Assembly (NCBI RefSeq): GCF_024521635.1
Contig: NW_026250416.1
Coordinates: forward strand, 372,001-436,000
Length of the DNA: 64,000 nt
Direction of reading: 5' to 3'
DNA from: Tricharina praecox
Lineage: Eukaryota
Shown piece by piece: positions 1 through 13,600 of this stretch; position 1 is the first letter of the stretch; the number at the start of each line of letters is the position of its first letter. Position numbers and translations under genes: made by a program. The notes under the pieces were generated by a model. It saw nothing but the letters and a program-made list of their open reading frames with translations, was not told the origin of the DNA and ran no database searches.

Positions 1-61
1 CCGAACGCACAAACACACATCCCGTTCCATAGTACATCCTCCGTCCGCAGCCCAAGCGGCA

Positions 62-1598
62 ATGAGTTTGTTCCTCCGTTCCTCCGTTCTTCCGTTCTTC
101 CCGTCCCCCGTTCCCCCCATCCGCACTGCTCGTCCCCCCCCAGCGTGCTCATACTTACTCAACCATTCCTGTAGCCGCAAAAAGCATCCATGCGTCGGTT
201 CTAGTGTTCCCGGATGTCGATATCGAACCCACGTCCGCCGACGACGTTTCGCTCGCACTACCCGGCAACACATCGTTCTCTCTTTACGTTACTCAACCGA
301 ACATTGTAACCCTCTTCACCGCTGGCACCAACAACGGCGATGAATTGAAGGGTACGCTGCACTTTCCGGACCTGCTGCCGTCATCGGTCTGCCGCAACAT
401 CACCACGCTCCCGCGCACTTCCCTTTACGACGACCTCCAGAAGACTACATACTCGAGCACCCACGTCATCGCCTTCGCTCCGTGGTCGCTCGGATGCAAC
501 AAGGAGTTCCTAGATCGTGCTCGCGACGACCGCAGCGATGTCCAAGGCTTCTTCTTCTACACGCTCGACCACATGGATCAGATTCCGGGCAGCGGGAATG
601 AATACTGGGATGGGATTCGGTTGCGTGACTACGGCTTTCCCATCTACGGTATGAGAGGACGCGAGGGCGTGCTGTTGATGGACAAATACACACAGTATGC
701 GACGGAGAAGAGCATGCTGAGCGACGTCAACAACATGACTGGGCGTGCGCGCATCTTCATTGATGTGGACACCGGGAAGCGCGCTCCGCTGCCGGGGCTG
801 TGGCTATTCCTGCTCATTGTGATGTCTGTGCTACTGGTCGCGGTCGGATTGACGTCGCTGTCGATGCATCTGCTGCAATACTACCGGCGCCGCTCGTTGC
901 GCAGGAGGGTCGCTGCTGGCGAGGTGGATCTGGAAGCTCTCGGCATAAAGCGGCTGCGAGTACCACGGAAGGTCCTCAACAAACTCCCGCTCCGTCCGTA
1001 CACTACCGATAAAAGCGACAGCTACTCGCAACAGAGCTGTTCCATCTGCCTCGAAGATTTCGTGTTGGACGTGACCACAGTACGCGAGTTGCCGTGCAAA
1101 CATATATACCATCCCGCCTGCATCGACAGCTTCCTGGAGCAGCAGAGCAGTCTGTGTCCGCTATGCAAGAACAGCGCTCTGCCGAAGGGATACGTCCCCG
1201 AACGGCTTACCAACCGCACCGTCGTACTCGAGCGGAATGCGCGGCAGCAGCGCGAAAGGGCGGCGCGGCGGAACGGTGAGAGGATCGACCCGTCGATGTG
1301 GTCGAGGCTTAAGAACATGGTTTGGGGCCGTGGTGGGGGTCGCCCTGGCGTGGACTCCAGGAGCGACGCGACACCCACCCCAAACGCGATCGAGATGCGG
1401 CGTCGAACAGTGCCGGCGGGAAGTAGGGAGGGCAGGAGTGGAGTCCTAGTTGCTGAGGTGGAAGAGGGCCCCGTTAGGGGAGGGAAATGTAAGACCCCAC
1501 CACCACCATCGCCCATCTCCCGTTCCCATATATTGTGCATCAGCTAATGATCTCCAGTCCGGAGAGCAGTACGCGCTGTCTTCCCCGGATTCCAGTGA
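62..1598 (+). CDS. Membrane-anchored PA-like/RING-H2 E3 ubiquitin ligase; exons 62-65, 175-1488, 1558-1598
   Basis: RING-H2 motif CSIC...CKHIYHPAC...CPLC follows a TM segment (LWLFLLIVMSVLLVAVGLTSL). Introns 66-174 (GTTTGT..CTCAAC..TAG) and 1489-1557 (GTAAGA..GCTAAT..CAG) keep the frame, giving MTAKSIHASVLVFPD... and ...KFRRAVRAVFPGFQ*. The 5' exon is less certain. Confidence 0.88.
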
Positions 1599-4500
1599 AA
1601 TGATCAGCCTCTGCGTCGAAGCGGTTTTACCTCTTATTTTCTTTTGTTTCCTTTGGTGCCTTCACTGAACGGATTTGTACTTGGCATTGTTTGATCTGGG
1701 TTGCGTTGAGCACTTAATGCATATTTTTTACCCGTGGTTGGGTTGGTACTGGTGTTTTGTTTTGTTTTTTCTTTCTTTTTCTTTTCTTTTTCCTTTCCTG
1801 TTCCACTGACCCTGGCTATTTGCAAACCAGTGTTGTTTCTTCTTGCCCCCCTAACTATCTCCCTCTTCTTCTTTTTCTCTTTCTCTGTGGAAATTCTTGA
1901 GGTGTCTGGGTCGGCGTTGGCGTCATCATTTTTTGCGTGATCAGCGGGCGGGCGAGCGGTGCACGGGGATGGGGATGGGACGGGAGGACGGGTTGGGCTG
2001 GTATATCTAATGTTATTGTAGCAGTGAGCACGTAGGCGGAAGAAATACGATTTGATGGATAAACGATGAGGATGGGATGGGTCGAGACTCGAGACTCGAT
2101 ACATGGCCCCAGTTTCGCAGATAAAAACAATAGGTAGCTGAGTGAGGTTAATACATAAAGCTTGTGTTTCCAAGGCCCTACCGAGAATCGCACACAACTC
2201 CTCATTCAACCAACCATTTGTCACTCACACTCGACACAGCACACAACGTACTGCATTCCCAATCCTGTGGTACTGGGCGGGCTGCCTGGTGCAACACCAT
2301 TCGCATCGCATCCGGCGAATCAAGCACCACCACCAGCACCAGCATTCCCCCGTTGTTTGAAAGCCCGAGAACGAGGCCGATACCTACCCATCATCCACTC
2401 AACTTCCGAGCTCAATATTCTCGCACAGTCGTACATTCAGCTGAGGACTGGGGACTGGGGACTGCGGATCCCTCGCAAACCTATCACCGCTGGACGACCG
2501 CAGACGAGCAGCTTACGGTATGTAGGGGGAATGGTAGTGGGCATCGTGGAATCGTGGGGGGAGGGTTGATAGCGAAACTAAACTAGATTTGAGGACAGAA
2601 TTGGAGAGCGTGCTTGTTATATCTCAAGTACAGAAGGTTCATTTGCCAGACATGCGGATCGGAAGACTAGGTGTGCGTATATAGAGAGATCAAGGCACTA
2701 GAAGGCACGGTTATTCATCGACTCTGGGTTGGGGAGCGAACGGTCGGTTTTAAACCGTATATTACATGTATTTACCATCGGTGCTCTACATAAGTACTTA
2801 AGTAAGTACTTTAGGTTGTCAGCACCCGGTATCTGCCTGTGAGCAAAATGGAGTTGATCACACACACATACACAAGACTGAGCATACCACGCACAACCTT
2901 CATACCCAGTACCGTATGTACGGAAAGTCCCCACGGGACTAGGGGTCTATACCGTCCATCCATCCATCCATCCAGTGAGGGAGAGGTTTTGGTTTAGTTT
3001 GTTCAGAGCTGCACAAGAAGTCATTCGGTTCGCGAGTGAGTGATTGTGTTAAGAATATGAGTGTGATGTTTCAGTTGATTCATTCGCGACACACAGCGGA
3101 CGAGAAGCTAGAAATACCAGGCAAAAGTAGAAGCATGTATGAGAATTAAACAGGATTCTCGAAGCGTGCAAATATTACCATGATGACAAATGTGCAATAG
3201 GTATCATGACGAGTGACGATGGTGGCTTTTCAACGTAAAATCGCAACAGATTGATTGACTCGGCATCGTATACCTAGTATAGAGTTCGGTACTAGTGTCG
3301 GCTGGAACTTCCTGCATCTACTATAGGTATACACCACTTCTTGGAGTTCTCAGGGTGTGTGTTTTATCTTTCTCTGGATAACATGTATGCTAATGCACCC
3401 GCCCCCCACCCCACCGCTCGAGTGAGCTTCATGAACTTACTTTTCTAGCCCGGTGCTTATACTATACTATACTTCCTCTCCTCTCCTCTTCTTCCGCTCA
3501 TAGGTAGGGTACGGTATCCATAAGTACCTAGGCGGTCTTCAATAATGATGGTTTTTGTGCTTCTGCTGACCTAGGTTCGCGTGTTCGCTACGTTGGATTG
3601 TACGGTTGAGCAAGTGAATTGCATTATTCTTTACAGAAGTTTAGATACGGGGTAACTCCTTATCGTCTGTTTCGTAGGTATAATGCCGCCAACGTTACTA
3701 CGCCTCGCACTGTTGAATATCTGGGTTGGTTAACGGGTGATCGGAGAATATGAGAGTTTGCGGCTGCAGCTCAGTTGGTAACCTTCAACTAGTCAGAAAC
3801 CCATGGTTTGAAAATGTAGCTGGCAACCGGACAGGCCCTTGATTGTCCAGTTATCAGCACTAGACAGCGCTGCTACGCATCAAATGAATCAATCCGAGCT
3901 GAACATCACATCACATCTCACAATCGACCGTCGGGGCTCAGGGTCACGCCCATTTGCGACGTTGATTGACAGTGATACCATATTGTACTCTGCAGAGAAG
4001 TGATTCGATAGGGTATCAGTCCAAGTGACACGGCCATTGGCCATTGGCCATTCCCGTTGCCTCAGTGCCCTGCTCTCGGATCTCAATACAATACGAAGAT
4101 GTGTAGGGAGATTTTGGGTTCCTCCGAGCTGTACGTTTTTCTTCCTCCCTTCCTTCCCTCGATGATGGCGTTCATCGTATGCACTTGGGGATTCTCACCT
4201 CCAGAGTCCACAGCCGACAGCGGCAGCGTAAAAAAAGAGAGAGATATCTTCCTGTTTTATTTCGCATGCAGCCTATCTAGACTATGGCGAAGGGGCGGCA
4301 GCGGAAGGTGCAGTATCACGTGCTAAATTATTGTAGTATCGAGTGATATCTAACTAACCAGCCTTACTCCCTCCATCCCTCCGTCACGCCGCAAACAAAA
4401 ACGAAACCAAAAACCAAAAACCGTCACCACCACCGGCACCCGGCGGTAGGTGGCTTGGAAACCCCTTGGCAAGAGCTATTCACAATACAAGGGTCTCTCA

Positions 4501-4842
4501 CCCGGAACTTTCCCTCAACTCCCCTCGCCGGCGATTGCATTACATGGCCTAAACCGCTGCGAGGCTAGCGCAATAACCACTGCAAGTAGAGTGCATATCT
4601 ACAGTGGTGTCAGTGCTGTATCCACAGCGACGCCTGCGACCTATACGTAGCTCGTACATATACCACTGGTTCCACTTGTAGAATCAGTTTCAGTCATGAC
4701 AAGTCACGCTCTATTTCCGACCAGGGTGGGATAGTACTAGTAGTTATAGTAGCTCGCAAGCCCATGTGATGCAGAACCTACCACCTCGCGCGTTTCCACC
4801 ACCTCGTACCTTACCATAGTACCCAATCCCCCCACCGCGGCC

Positions 4843-5622
4843 ATGCCACGCACAACGACCTCATCCCTCGCGCCGCCCGCGCAATCCACGGGTCTGCGGT
4901 CGCCATCCCCACGGCGGTCGCCGCCCTCTCTGCACCCCTCCTCCTTCGCGCCGCCCTTCTACAACCGACCACCGACGCCCCTCCCCCCCTCACCCTCATT
5001 GACGAGCCTCCTCCGGCCCTCGCGGCCCACCACACCAGACAGCAGCGACAGCGAGGGGATCCTGTCGTCGTCCCGCCTATCGTCCCGCACACCGCGGTAC
5101 GCGCCCAAAGTGCCAACATACGAGTACTACGGCTTCACACTGTACGTGATCGCGAACGCTGCGTTCGCGCTGCAGCTGCTGTGGAGTTTTTTGCCCGCGA
5201 GTTTTCTGGAGAGCCTGGGGTTCAGCTATTACCCCTCGCGCTGGTGGAGCTTGGTTATTCCCAGCTACCTTGTCGTCCTCGTGTGCTACGTTTTTGTTGC
5301 CCTGGCGGGGTATAATACTACCGTACTCACGTTTCCCCTGGGCGCGCTGGAGGCGGTCGTGGATGTGGGTGGGAATGTCGCCGCGTTTACGGTGGGGGAT
5401 GGGGAGGTGGAGGGGATGCTGGAAGGTGAGGGCGAGGTGAGGGATCACGGGAAGAGTGAGAAGTGGGGGGATATGCTTAGGGGCCGCGGGGATCTCGATT
5501 GGAGGACGCTGTGGAGTCGCGGGACCGACGCGGTTATGGATGTGCCCATCGGCGGAGTGTGTGAAGTGCTCTACGGCGAGGGGAGGGAAAGGGAGGAGTG
5601 GGAAGTCGACGATGATGAGTGA
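4843..5622 (+). CDS. GPI19: GPI-GlcNAc transferase subunit PIG-P / Gpi19
   Basis: Single-exon 259-aa ORF with a Ser/Pro-rich N-terminus, PIG-P motifs YEYYGF and YYPSRWW, two TM segments and C-terminal DAVMDVPIGGVCEVLY. Confidence 0.92.
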   Translation: MPRTTTSSLAPPAQSTGLRSPSPRRSPPSLHPSSFAPPFYNRPPTPLPPSPSLTSLLRPSRPTTPDSSDSEGILSSSRLSSRTPRYAPKVPTYEYYGFTLYVIANAAFALQLLWSFLPASFLESLGFSYYPSRWWSLVIPSYLVVLVCYVFVALAGYNTTVLTFPLGALEAVVDVGGNVAAFTVGDGEVEGMLEGEGEVRDHGKSEKWGDMLRGRGDLDWRTLWSRGTDAVMDVPIGGVCEVLYGEGREREEWEVDDDE

Positions 5623-8600
5623 GGCGTATACCTACGGCGTTTGGGAGTTGTGTTTGCGAGTGGGAATCGGAGATTAGAAGCAGGCTCGGACGAGGCCATG
5701 GAATCACGTACTACCTATACACCAAGGCTACGGCGAAATATTTTGCTCCGTCCTTCACTTTGTTCACTGGCCCAAAGAGTACCCGCTGTGTATCCGTCTG
5801 GCACACAGCCGTCAACCCCCCAGTGCTAGTGCTAGTACATGATCACCGAAAACAGAGCACCCTCCGACTCGACGATAATCCGAGGTGTCGATAGCATCGG
5901 CCGTTCACACAGACTGTCCCCACGTACACTGTCCCACGGCGTGAACATGCACTTCCGATCCGAGCATGACCACAATCCCCACGAGCCCACTCCAACAGAG
6001 CAGAGAAGAAGACCCACGCTCACAAAATACAACCACGACCCTCCCACCGACTCCATCGAGCTTGCGGAGCCTCCGATGCTTCAACTGGTCGTCTGGCCCA
6101 AGTCTCGGGCTGGAGGGCGTGGTGTTCGCGAGCAGATCAAGCCGGTGGACGGTTATATGAGTCGGTGCTCGTGAGTTGAACGTACGGTCCACGATCGTGA
6201 GAGGGGGGGGAGGCCAGCCGGCCATCGAGTGCCACCGAGTGACCACCGGGTCGACGCTCTTGCTCTTGGCATCCTCGTCAAGCACTGCGGGGGAGGGGTG
6301 GGGGGTAGAGGTGTGCGGGAGAAGATTAACCAGGCGGTGAATGATGGATGATGGGAGACTGGGAGTATCTATCGCGGGTAGAACCCCGTATGTAACTATG
6401 TAGGAAACTGCACTCCAGGATCGAAAAAAAGATGAGGATTCGTCTCGACTCTCGACGTAAGACCCTGGAATGAGTAGAAGCTTGCTGGTATACCTAGTAT
6501 GTACGCAGATAGCAGATAGCAGTCTGTACTTTTTTTCATGGAATTGGTCCAGCGGAAGAGCTCCTCCTCCTCCTAGAGCTCAGAGCCCAGAGCCCAGGTC
6601 GCCGTCGCTGCAAACAGCATCCTTTTTTCCCCCTTCATTCTTCCCGTTCCTCCCTTCGCGTGAGGCAACTGCGCGAGCAAACAAAGCTTGGTCCCCAATC
6701 CAAGCCGTTTGTGGCCAGCCCATCTCAGCTCCCGGAGAGAGAGAGTATGTCTGTAGGTCTGTAGGTCTGTATGTCTGTAGGACTGTATGTTCGGACTTCC
6801 ACCTGCCGTCGTCGACGACGGACACGCAAACAAGAGCCGAGTAGTAGATGTTGACCGCGGTTTCCGCCGCAAACATGCAGTCTCACACTGCCGGCTCCTC
6901 CTCCTCGTCGATATCTCGGCCGTCGTCGTCCACCTCGTCTGTATCTGCAGCGCAATGCTGACGATCCCCACAATGCGTACTTACAGTACACCACCACCAG
7001 CATCACCACCACCATGCACGTCTGTTCGGTTCGGGAATGGCCGGAGCACAGTACATGATTGGATGCAGCCACCAGTGGACACCGTCAGTGGTTAAGCTTG
7101 TTTCCATCTCCATCTGCGTTTCCATCTGCGTTTCCTCGGTCGTCGTCTTGTTCCATCCCGTCTCGTTCGTCGAGGCGTAGGGCGGAAGGGGTGGTGGAGG
7201 AGGAGGGAGGAGGAGGAGGAGGGAGGAGGAGGAGGGAAGAGGCGGCTCGAAGAAAGAAAGCAGTGCATCTTCCAAGTTCCGGCCACGACTCCCGACTGCG
7301 CGGCTGTGCTGGATGTCTCAGTCCGCCGCCGCACCCATGCCCGCTGCGAGCCAGAAATTCAGAATCTACATAGATGCTGTGCTGTGATGTGCTGTGATCC
7401 AATCCACTCGTCCGTCCGTCCGTCAATCTGGTCACACCATACATGATCCATGATACGGGCGGTGATGTGCAACAACCCTTCGTCCCTTTCTGTGACCCTC
7501 CATACACACACACACATACAAGACACATATAAGACACATAGATCTGCTCTACGGAGGCCGGAGTCCGTGCGGCGGTAGAATTTTTTATTTTTATTTTTAA
7601 AAAAGTAAAGGCGAACACCTTGTATACCGGTATCTCGTCGAAGCAGGGCGGATCTGCCTGCGCCTGGGCATGGGCTTGGGCAGTGCGTGGAACCCGCTTT
7701 GAGGCTTCGACCGGCTTCGATCGGCGGGCGGGAGGGTGAGGAGCAGGAGGAGGAGGAGAACGGGTTCGGCACCGGCTGGAAGGAGGATTGAGCTTGAGCT
7801 TGAGCTCGAGGAACCGATGGGGGATTGAGCTCGAGGTTATTTGTTACGTGGGTATCCATCTTCACGCTGTGCAGTGTCCGAACCCTGCACCTCGCAGACT
7901 CCCAGTCGTGTATGTAGTGTATATATCCAGAGTGTGCAGAGTTCAAACACCTCCCCCCCAGAACACGATCCGCGGCGAAACTCGCTTGGGAGACTTTCCA
8001 GATGGATTTCGCGTTCGCGTCCTGTCCTGACCTGTCTGGCCTGTCCGTCGCGCGCCTGAGCTCGGAAGCAACCGAGTCGGAAAGAAAAGGAAAAAAGAAA
8101 AGACGAAAACCCCATATAAATCCACTCTATTAGCACATGTGTAGGTAAATACATTCCATCCCATCCCCTGTAGAAAACCAGAAAAAAATTTCTAGTATCC
8201 GAGAAGATCAGCCCACACTGCAGACTTCACAGGCCGAAGGGCCGGGTGGAATGGGAAATCCGCGCATCGTATGATAGTTGGTTGGTACTCTACCCAGCAT
8301 ATGACGGCGGGTGTACTGCACCCCAACCACTCCGCGCGCCTCCAGAGAACCCGCGGGGTTATACGATCCGAATGTTCGACTCTCTCGTCTCGACTCTCGA
8401 GGATGATTGCCATGGGCCCATAGGCCATACATGGGTGGGTGAGCTCCGAGGACGCACGCTCGCGTGCGGCTGGAAGTCATGGGCGAGCGGAGCGGAACAT
8501 TGTCGTGACTGGAATTCATCTACATAGAGTAGCATAGAGTGGGCTGCATACCCGAGAAATGTCATGGGTCCAAGGCCGGGGGGATGCGGAGGTGGAATAA

Positions 8601-9721
8601 CGTTGTTCCTGGAATCTAGGATCCCTAGCTGCCATGGAGCGGGACTCGGGGGTAGAGTACCTATGGTATGGTTACTAGGTACGGTATCTAGATGGAGTAT
8701 CTAGATGAAGTGTCTATGTACATGGCATGCATACCTGACAGTTATGTATGCGTGCCTCACAGACACCTCTCCAGATCCTCGGCGACAGAGACACGGACAC
8801 ATGTCAAAAGCCGCAGTCGCAGTCGTAGTCGCAGTCGCAGTCTCAGCATCCGCGGCGACTTCCAAGTTCCAACAAGCGTGTGCTCGAGGCACGGTATTCT
8901 GGGCACTCACTTGGGGTATCTACGCAAGCTTTTTTCGATCTCACGGTTAAATAGCAGCCGTGCAGGATTCGCCATGCAGGAAAAGCTGGAAGTGAGATGT
9001 CCATCCAGATTCCACACGAGTGCCGTACTCTGGCAGCTACTGGGTAGTGGTATGTAGCAGCTCTGGGTATTTTCCAATTCCGGGGCCGAATGCTGACTAT
9101 CAAACTCTAGTAGAGTGAAGTAGAGTACTGTAGAGTACCGGCAGAGTGTGCACGCGTCCAACCCATCCAACCCATCCATCCATCCAAGTTATTTTGTGTT
9201 TAACCGTCTGGACTTTGCAGGAGTTGGGAGCTGTGAGTCTGACGGAGGGTCACGGTGATGTGAAGTGACAAAGGATGAAGAAGTGGAGGAGGAGGAAGAG
9301 GAGGTGAGGTTACGACAAACCCCAACCCAGGGCAACACAAGGCACCCAGTGCAACCCAACCCACCTCCCCTCCCCACCTCCCCTCCTTCCCCCGCGGCAA
9401 TGCAATTTCCCAGGTTTCCTCTAGCCAGGCTTCTCTGTGTCTGTCTCTGTCTCTATCTCTGTCTCTGGAAGGAAGAGAGATGCAGAGATGCACAAGGCTT
9501 TTCGGCAGTTGCGATTCTTGTTCTTTTTAGTGATGGTGATGATCGGGGTGTTGCTTCCTTCCTTCCTTCCTTCCTTCGGATCGTTATCTCTAGATCCCCA
9601 TGTACCATACTCTACCCTAATCTTCATGTATGACCATAGTACCGTACATATCCACACACATGCCCACCTGGCACCCAGCTCAAAGTTGTATTTACCCGCT
9701 GCCTGTGTGATGTGATGTGTG

Positions 9722-9722
<1 letters not shown>

Positions 9723-9753
<31 letters not shown>
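9723..9753. repeat. (TG)n microsatellite
   Basis: About 15 uninterrupted TG units. Confidence 0.95.
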
Positions 9754-9754
<1 letters not shown>

Positions 9755-10210
9755 GGTAACTAGCGGCGGTGTCGCGGTCCAGAGCTACATGCCTGCCGTA
9801 CGGCGTGGGTTTGTGGGTATGTGGGTATCATACATCGAGTTTGTAGTGTATGTAGAGGGATATATTTGGATGGCCGTATGTACGTACAGACTGGTGAGAC
9901 ATACGCTGGACAGTAGGTATCGTGCAGTCGGTACTCCGCGTACTCTGGACTCCAGAGCAGGACATTTCCTATCATCGTGAACTGGGTCCGACAGAGGGTC
10001 TTTTACTACTACTAGGTGTGCAGCGTCAGGACCAAACTCAAACTCGGTCTCAGAAGCAGAAGAAACGCTGAAGAAACGCCGAAGGGGGGCACCCGTTCCC
10101 CGTAGATATCAACCAAAGCACGAAGCTGATGACAATTACGATGACGAGACGGCGGCGGGTTTGTCATTGCGCTCTTGGAGGCATCAGAATCTGACGAAAA
10201 GGCGCAATAC

Positions 10211-10249
10211 CCACCACCACCACCACCACCACCACCACCACCACCACCA
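10211..10249. repeat. (CCA)n microsatellite
   Basis: About 13 CCA units; source of the poly-His/Gly/Val spurious ORFs. Confidence 0.95.
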
Positions 10250-10543
10250 TCAAGGCGTGGGTGAGCCACGGCCGCCATTGGCTGGCTGCACGTCGCAGGC
10301 AGGCAGGCAAGAAAAGAAAGAAAACAAAAGAAAAGAAAGAAGGAAAGAAAGGGCAAAAAAGAAAAGAGATCCTCGCGCTTCGTTCTGTTTTTTTCTGGTC
10401 GCCGTCCCATGTTGGTTGCCATGCCCATCTCACTCTCTCTCACTCCATCTCTCTCCCTCTGGGAGTCTCACTGCGCGGCGGCGGCGGCGGCGTGACGTTG
10501 GTCCGCCCCAGGAGGGGTGGTGGTGGTGGTGGTGGTGGGAGGA

Positions 10544-10657
10544 GACAGAACAGGACAGGACAGGACAGGACAGGACAGGACAGGACAGGACAGGACAGGA
10601 CAGGACAGGACAGGACAGGACAGGACAGGACAGGACAGAACAGGACAGGACAGAACA
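10544..10657. repeat. (CAGGA)n pentanucleotide microsatellite
   Basis: About 22 units with a few CAGAA variants. Confidence 0.97.
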
Positions 10658-13600
10658 ATAGGACAAATCATGTCGTGTTGCGTTGCGTTATGTGGGGACA
10701 CACTGGCGACTCCAGAGCACAGAGCGAAGCACAGACAGAGCACAGAGCACCCACAGAGCACACAAAGCAAGGCGACCTTGACCAAGGTAACCTGGGAATT
10801 TCGAAATGCAAACATCCCCTCCACTGTATCCACTGCATCCACTCGACATCATGTGTCGCCTAGGTGTGTGCGTGTGCATGTGTGTGTGTAAGGTGGGTGG
10901 GTACTCTAACCTGCGGCGCACTGCAGTGCAGGCGAGAAGAAGCACTGTTGACTGTCGACGTCGACGACGACGCCCGCCCCGCCGTATCCCCGAACAATCA
11001 CGGTCCCCACCGAGATGTTAGATCTGGTAGAATACCTGGTCGATACATAGAATGGTGTCCTCTCTGCGCGCGATTGGTTGCAGTCTTGCAGTCTTGCAGC
11101 TCCCAATTGGCCGTGGATAAATGTTGAGAGTGCGAGGTATGTAGGGCGGCGGTTCAGCATCAGCTCTGGCATTTCTTTTCTGTTACCTATTTATTCACAT
11201 CATACTCGACATACATGTTACCCAAGTACGGTAGATCAACTCCACTCCAGACTCCAGAGCGCGTTGGTGTTGGTGGCGTCTCGGTCGAAGGTCACGGGGC
11301 CTATGATAGTGCAGTGCACGCACGAATCTCCCGGGGCCGGAGCACAGACGCGGTTTCTGGATACTAGTATGTATCTTGGTACTCCATCTACAGGCACCAG
11401 ATATACACACGCCCCGATCCACCGCCGACCAAGCCCACGGTGTCGTCCTGTGTCGTCGTCTGTGTCGTCGCCTCACCTCGCTCCCGCCTCTCCTTGCCTC
11501 TCCCTGCCTCTCCCTCGCCCGCTCATTCGTCCATATCGTGGAGACGGAAGTCCGCGACCACGCAGGCAGGGCAAGCAGGGCAGGGCCGGCAGCGAGACAG
11601 CATCGATTCCGGATCGCCAATCTCACTCTGCTTGCGTTTTCCGTGGGGTATTAGCCGGTGCGTGCGGTTCGGTGCGACGGATCAAACATGAGCTGGCTGG
11701 CGGGCATGCGTGCGTGGCTCCCAGACCTTCCCTTCCCTTCACACTGCCCAGGAAAGTTGAAAGTTGAAACCCCAGTTGATGCCGCGCCGGAGTTAACTCC
11801 TACTAGTAGTTAACTGCTAGCAGTTATCGCAGAACGATCTAATCAGCAGAACCAGAACCAACCATCAGGGTGCACGCACGAAACTCCGACTGTCCGGCAC
11901 GCTTTGTTTGTTTGTTGGGAGTGGAGGGATGACCGGCCAGCGCTCCGGAGTCCGTTCGCGCCGGCCGACCCGTGCGTGCGTGTTGCGTGCGTGTTGCGTG
12001 CCATCCGTGTGCGGCCCAGCTGCCAGCTGCCAGCAACCCCAAGTATCTAGAGTAGATATGGGACTAACTACTATCGTACTACGAGATCTCGGAGACATTT
12101 CCGCCCGCCCCGCGGCCCCCGCCCGCCACGATCTCCTCACTTCCATCATAAGGACCCTGCGGACCCTCCAGGACCTTCGGCATCTTGGCAGCGCGGGGGA
12201 TGGCCAGAAGGGTGTTCGCTCGGCGTTACTTACTCTGGGATCTATGATGGATACACATGTTACCGTACACATCACTACATGTGTGTACGGTGTACCTATC
12301 GCCACATCGCCACCCCACAGCCAGCAGCCAGCAGTACGGTAGTTAGTTAACCAAGTATCATACTACTGGGAGTACTAGGAGTTAAGCCCGGCCGGCCGGC
12401 CAACCAACCAACCAGTCAAATTCCCGCCTAGCTGTACTGGGTAGACTAGAATAGGTAGTACCGGTACGGTAGTTACTGTGGTCTCCATCATCCAAGATGG
12501 AGACCCGCCTACATATCACAGTAGCGTGCAAGATAGACTTCCCCTTCCCTGCACGGGCACTGGCACTGGCACTGGCATGAACTTTGAACTTTGAAGACGC
12601 CGTGCCCGCCTCAGCAGGCCACTTACGTAGCTTGCGTAGTGTACATACCTGGTAGGTTATGTAGGTAGGTGGGCGGAGAAATAAACTTTTGGGTAGTGAT
12701 GTGCTGTGACGATGTGACCACGATGATGATTTTCTGTTGCTACTGCTACTGCTGCTATCGCGGCCGGCGTGACACGACGTATACATAACTCACTCTGCCC
12801 CGCACTCGAGTAACTAGAGTAGAGTAAAAGCCCGCACGCTCGATATATCGCACTGCGACGACTCACGAGGGGCGGGCGGACAGCCGGGCGGGCTGCTCCA
12901 GTGCTCTCTGCAACAAAACAAACAAACGAACGCATGAACAAAACGCATCCTTTCGCGCCGCCTGCGCGTAGGTATGCTGCTTGGTATGTGCTCTGGCTAA
13001 CTAAGGGCCAGGCCGTGCGATGAGATGAGATGAGCGAGTGCATTCGGCGGCCACGCAGGCAGTCTGGCAGTCAGTCGGCGGTCGACGGACTGGCTCGGTC
13101 GGTCACGGGCGAACAAATCATACCGGACGGCGACGACTGAGGGCAGGTAGACGGCGGAGCGAGGGGGAGGAGGGGGGGAGGGGGGGGGGAGGGGGGGCGG
13201 GAAAAGGAACGAAAGAAAGAAACAAAGAAAGAAAAGAACGCGAGAAAGAAAAGAAAAGAAGAGAGAGAAAAGAGAAGAAAAAAAGAAGCGCTGTCTGCAG
13301 AGAATTCACGAAACCAAACCAAACAAACGAGTTCCTCGCGAGTAGTCCGGTGAAAAGAAAAAGGTGCTCGCTCAATTTCCATACGGGAGATAGAGCTATC
13401 TACCGTACTCCACCGTACCGTACTCGGATCTGCTGCCTGCTGCTCGAGTTTTGTTACATATCCCATCCCTTCCCATCCGGACATCCCACCACCACCATCC
13501 ACGTTCGTCGTTACGTACATACTGATGTATAATAGCAACTTGCCCACCTATGGGTATGCTACATACCTACATAGGCTGTTGGCTCCTCCCAATCACCGAG

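Noticed and set aside
4131..4336. Intron-like segment (GTACGT...TAG) possibly hosting an ncRNA
   Set aside because: Non-consensus branch point, no meaningful flanking ORF and no clear snoRNA boxes.
10161..10891. ORFs with poly-His and TGQDR/VLSCP repeats
   Set aside because: Translations of (CCA)n and (CAGGA)n microsatellites.
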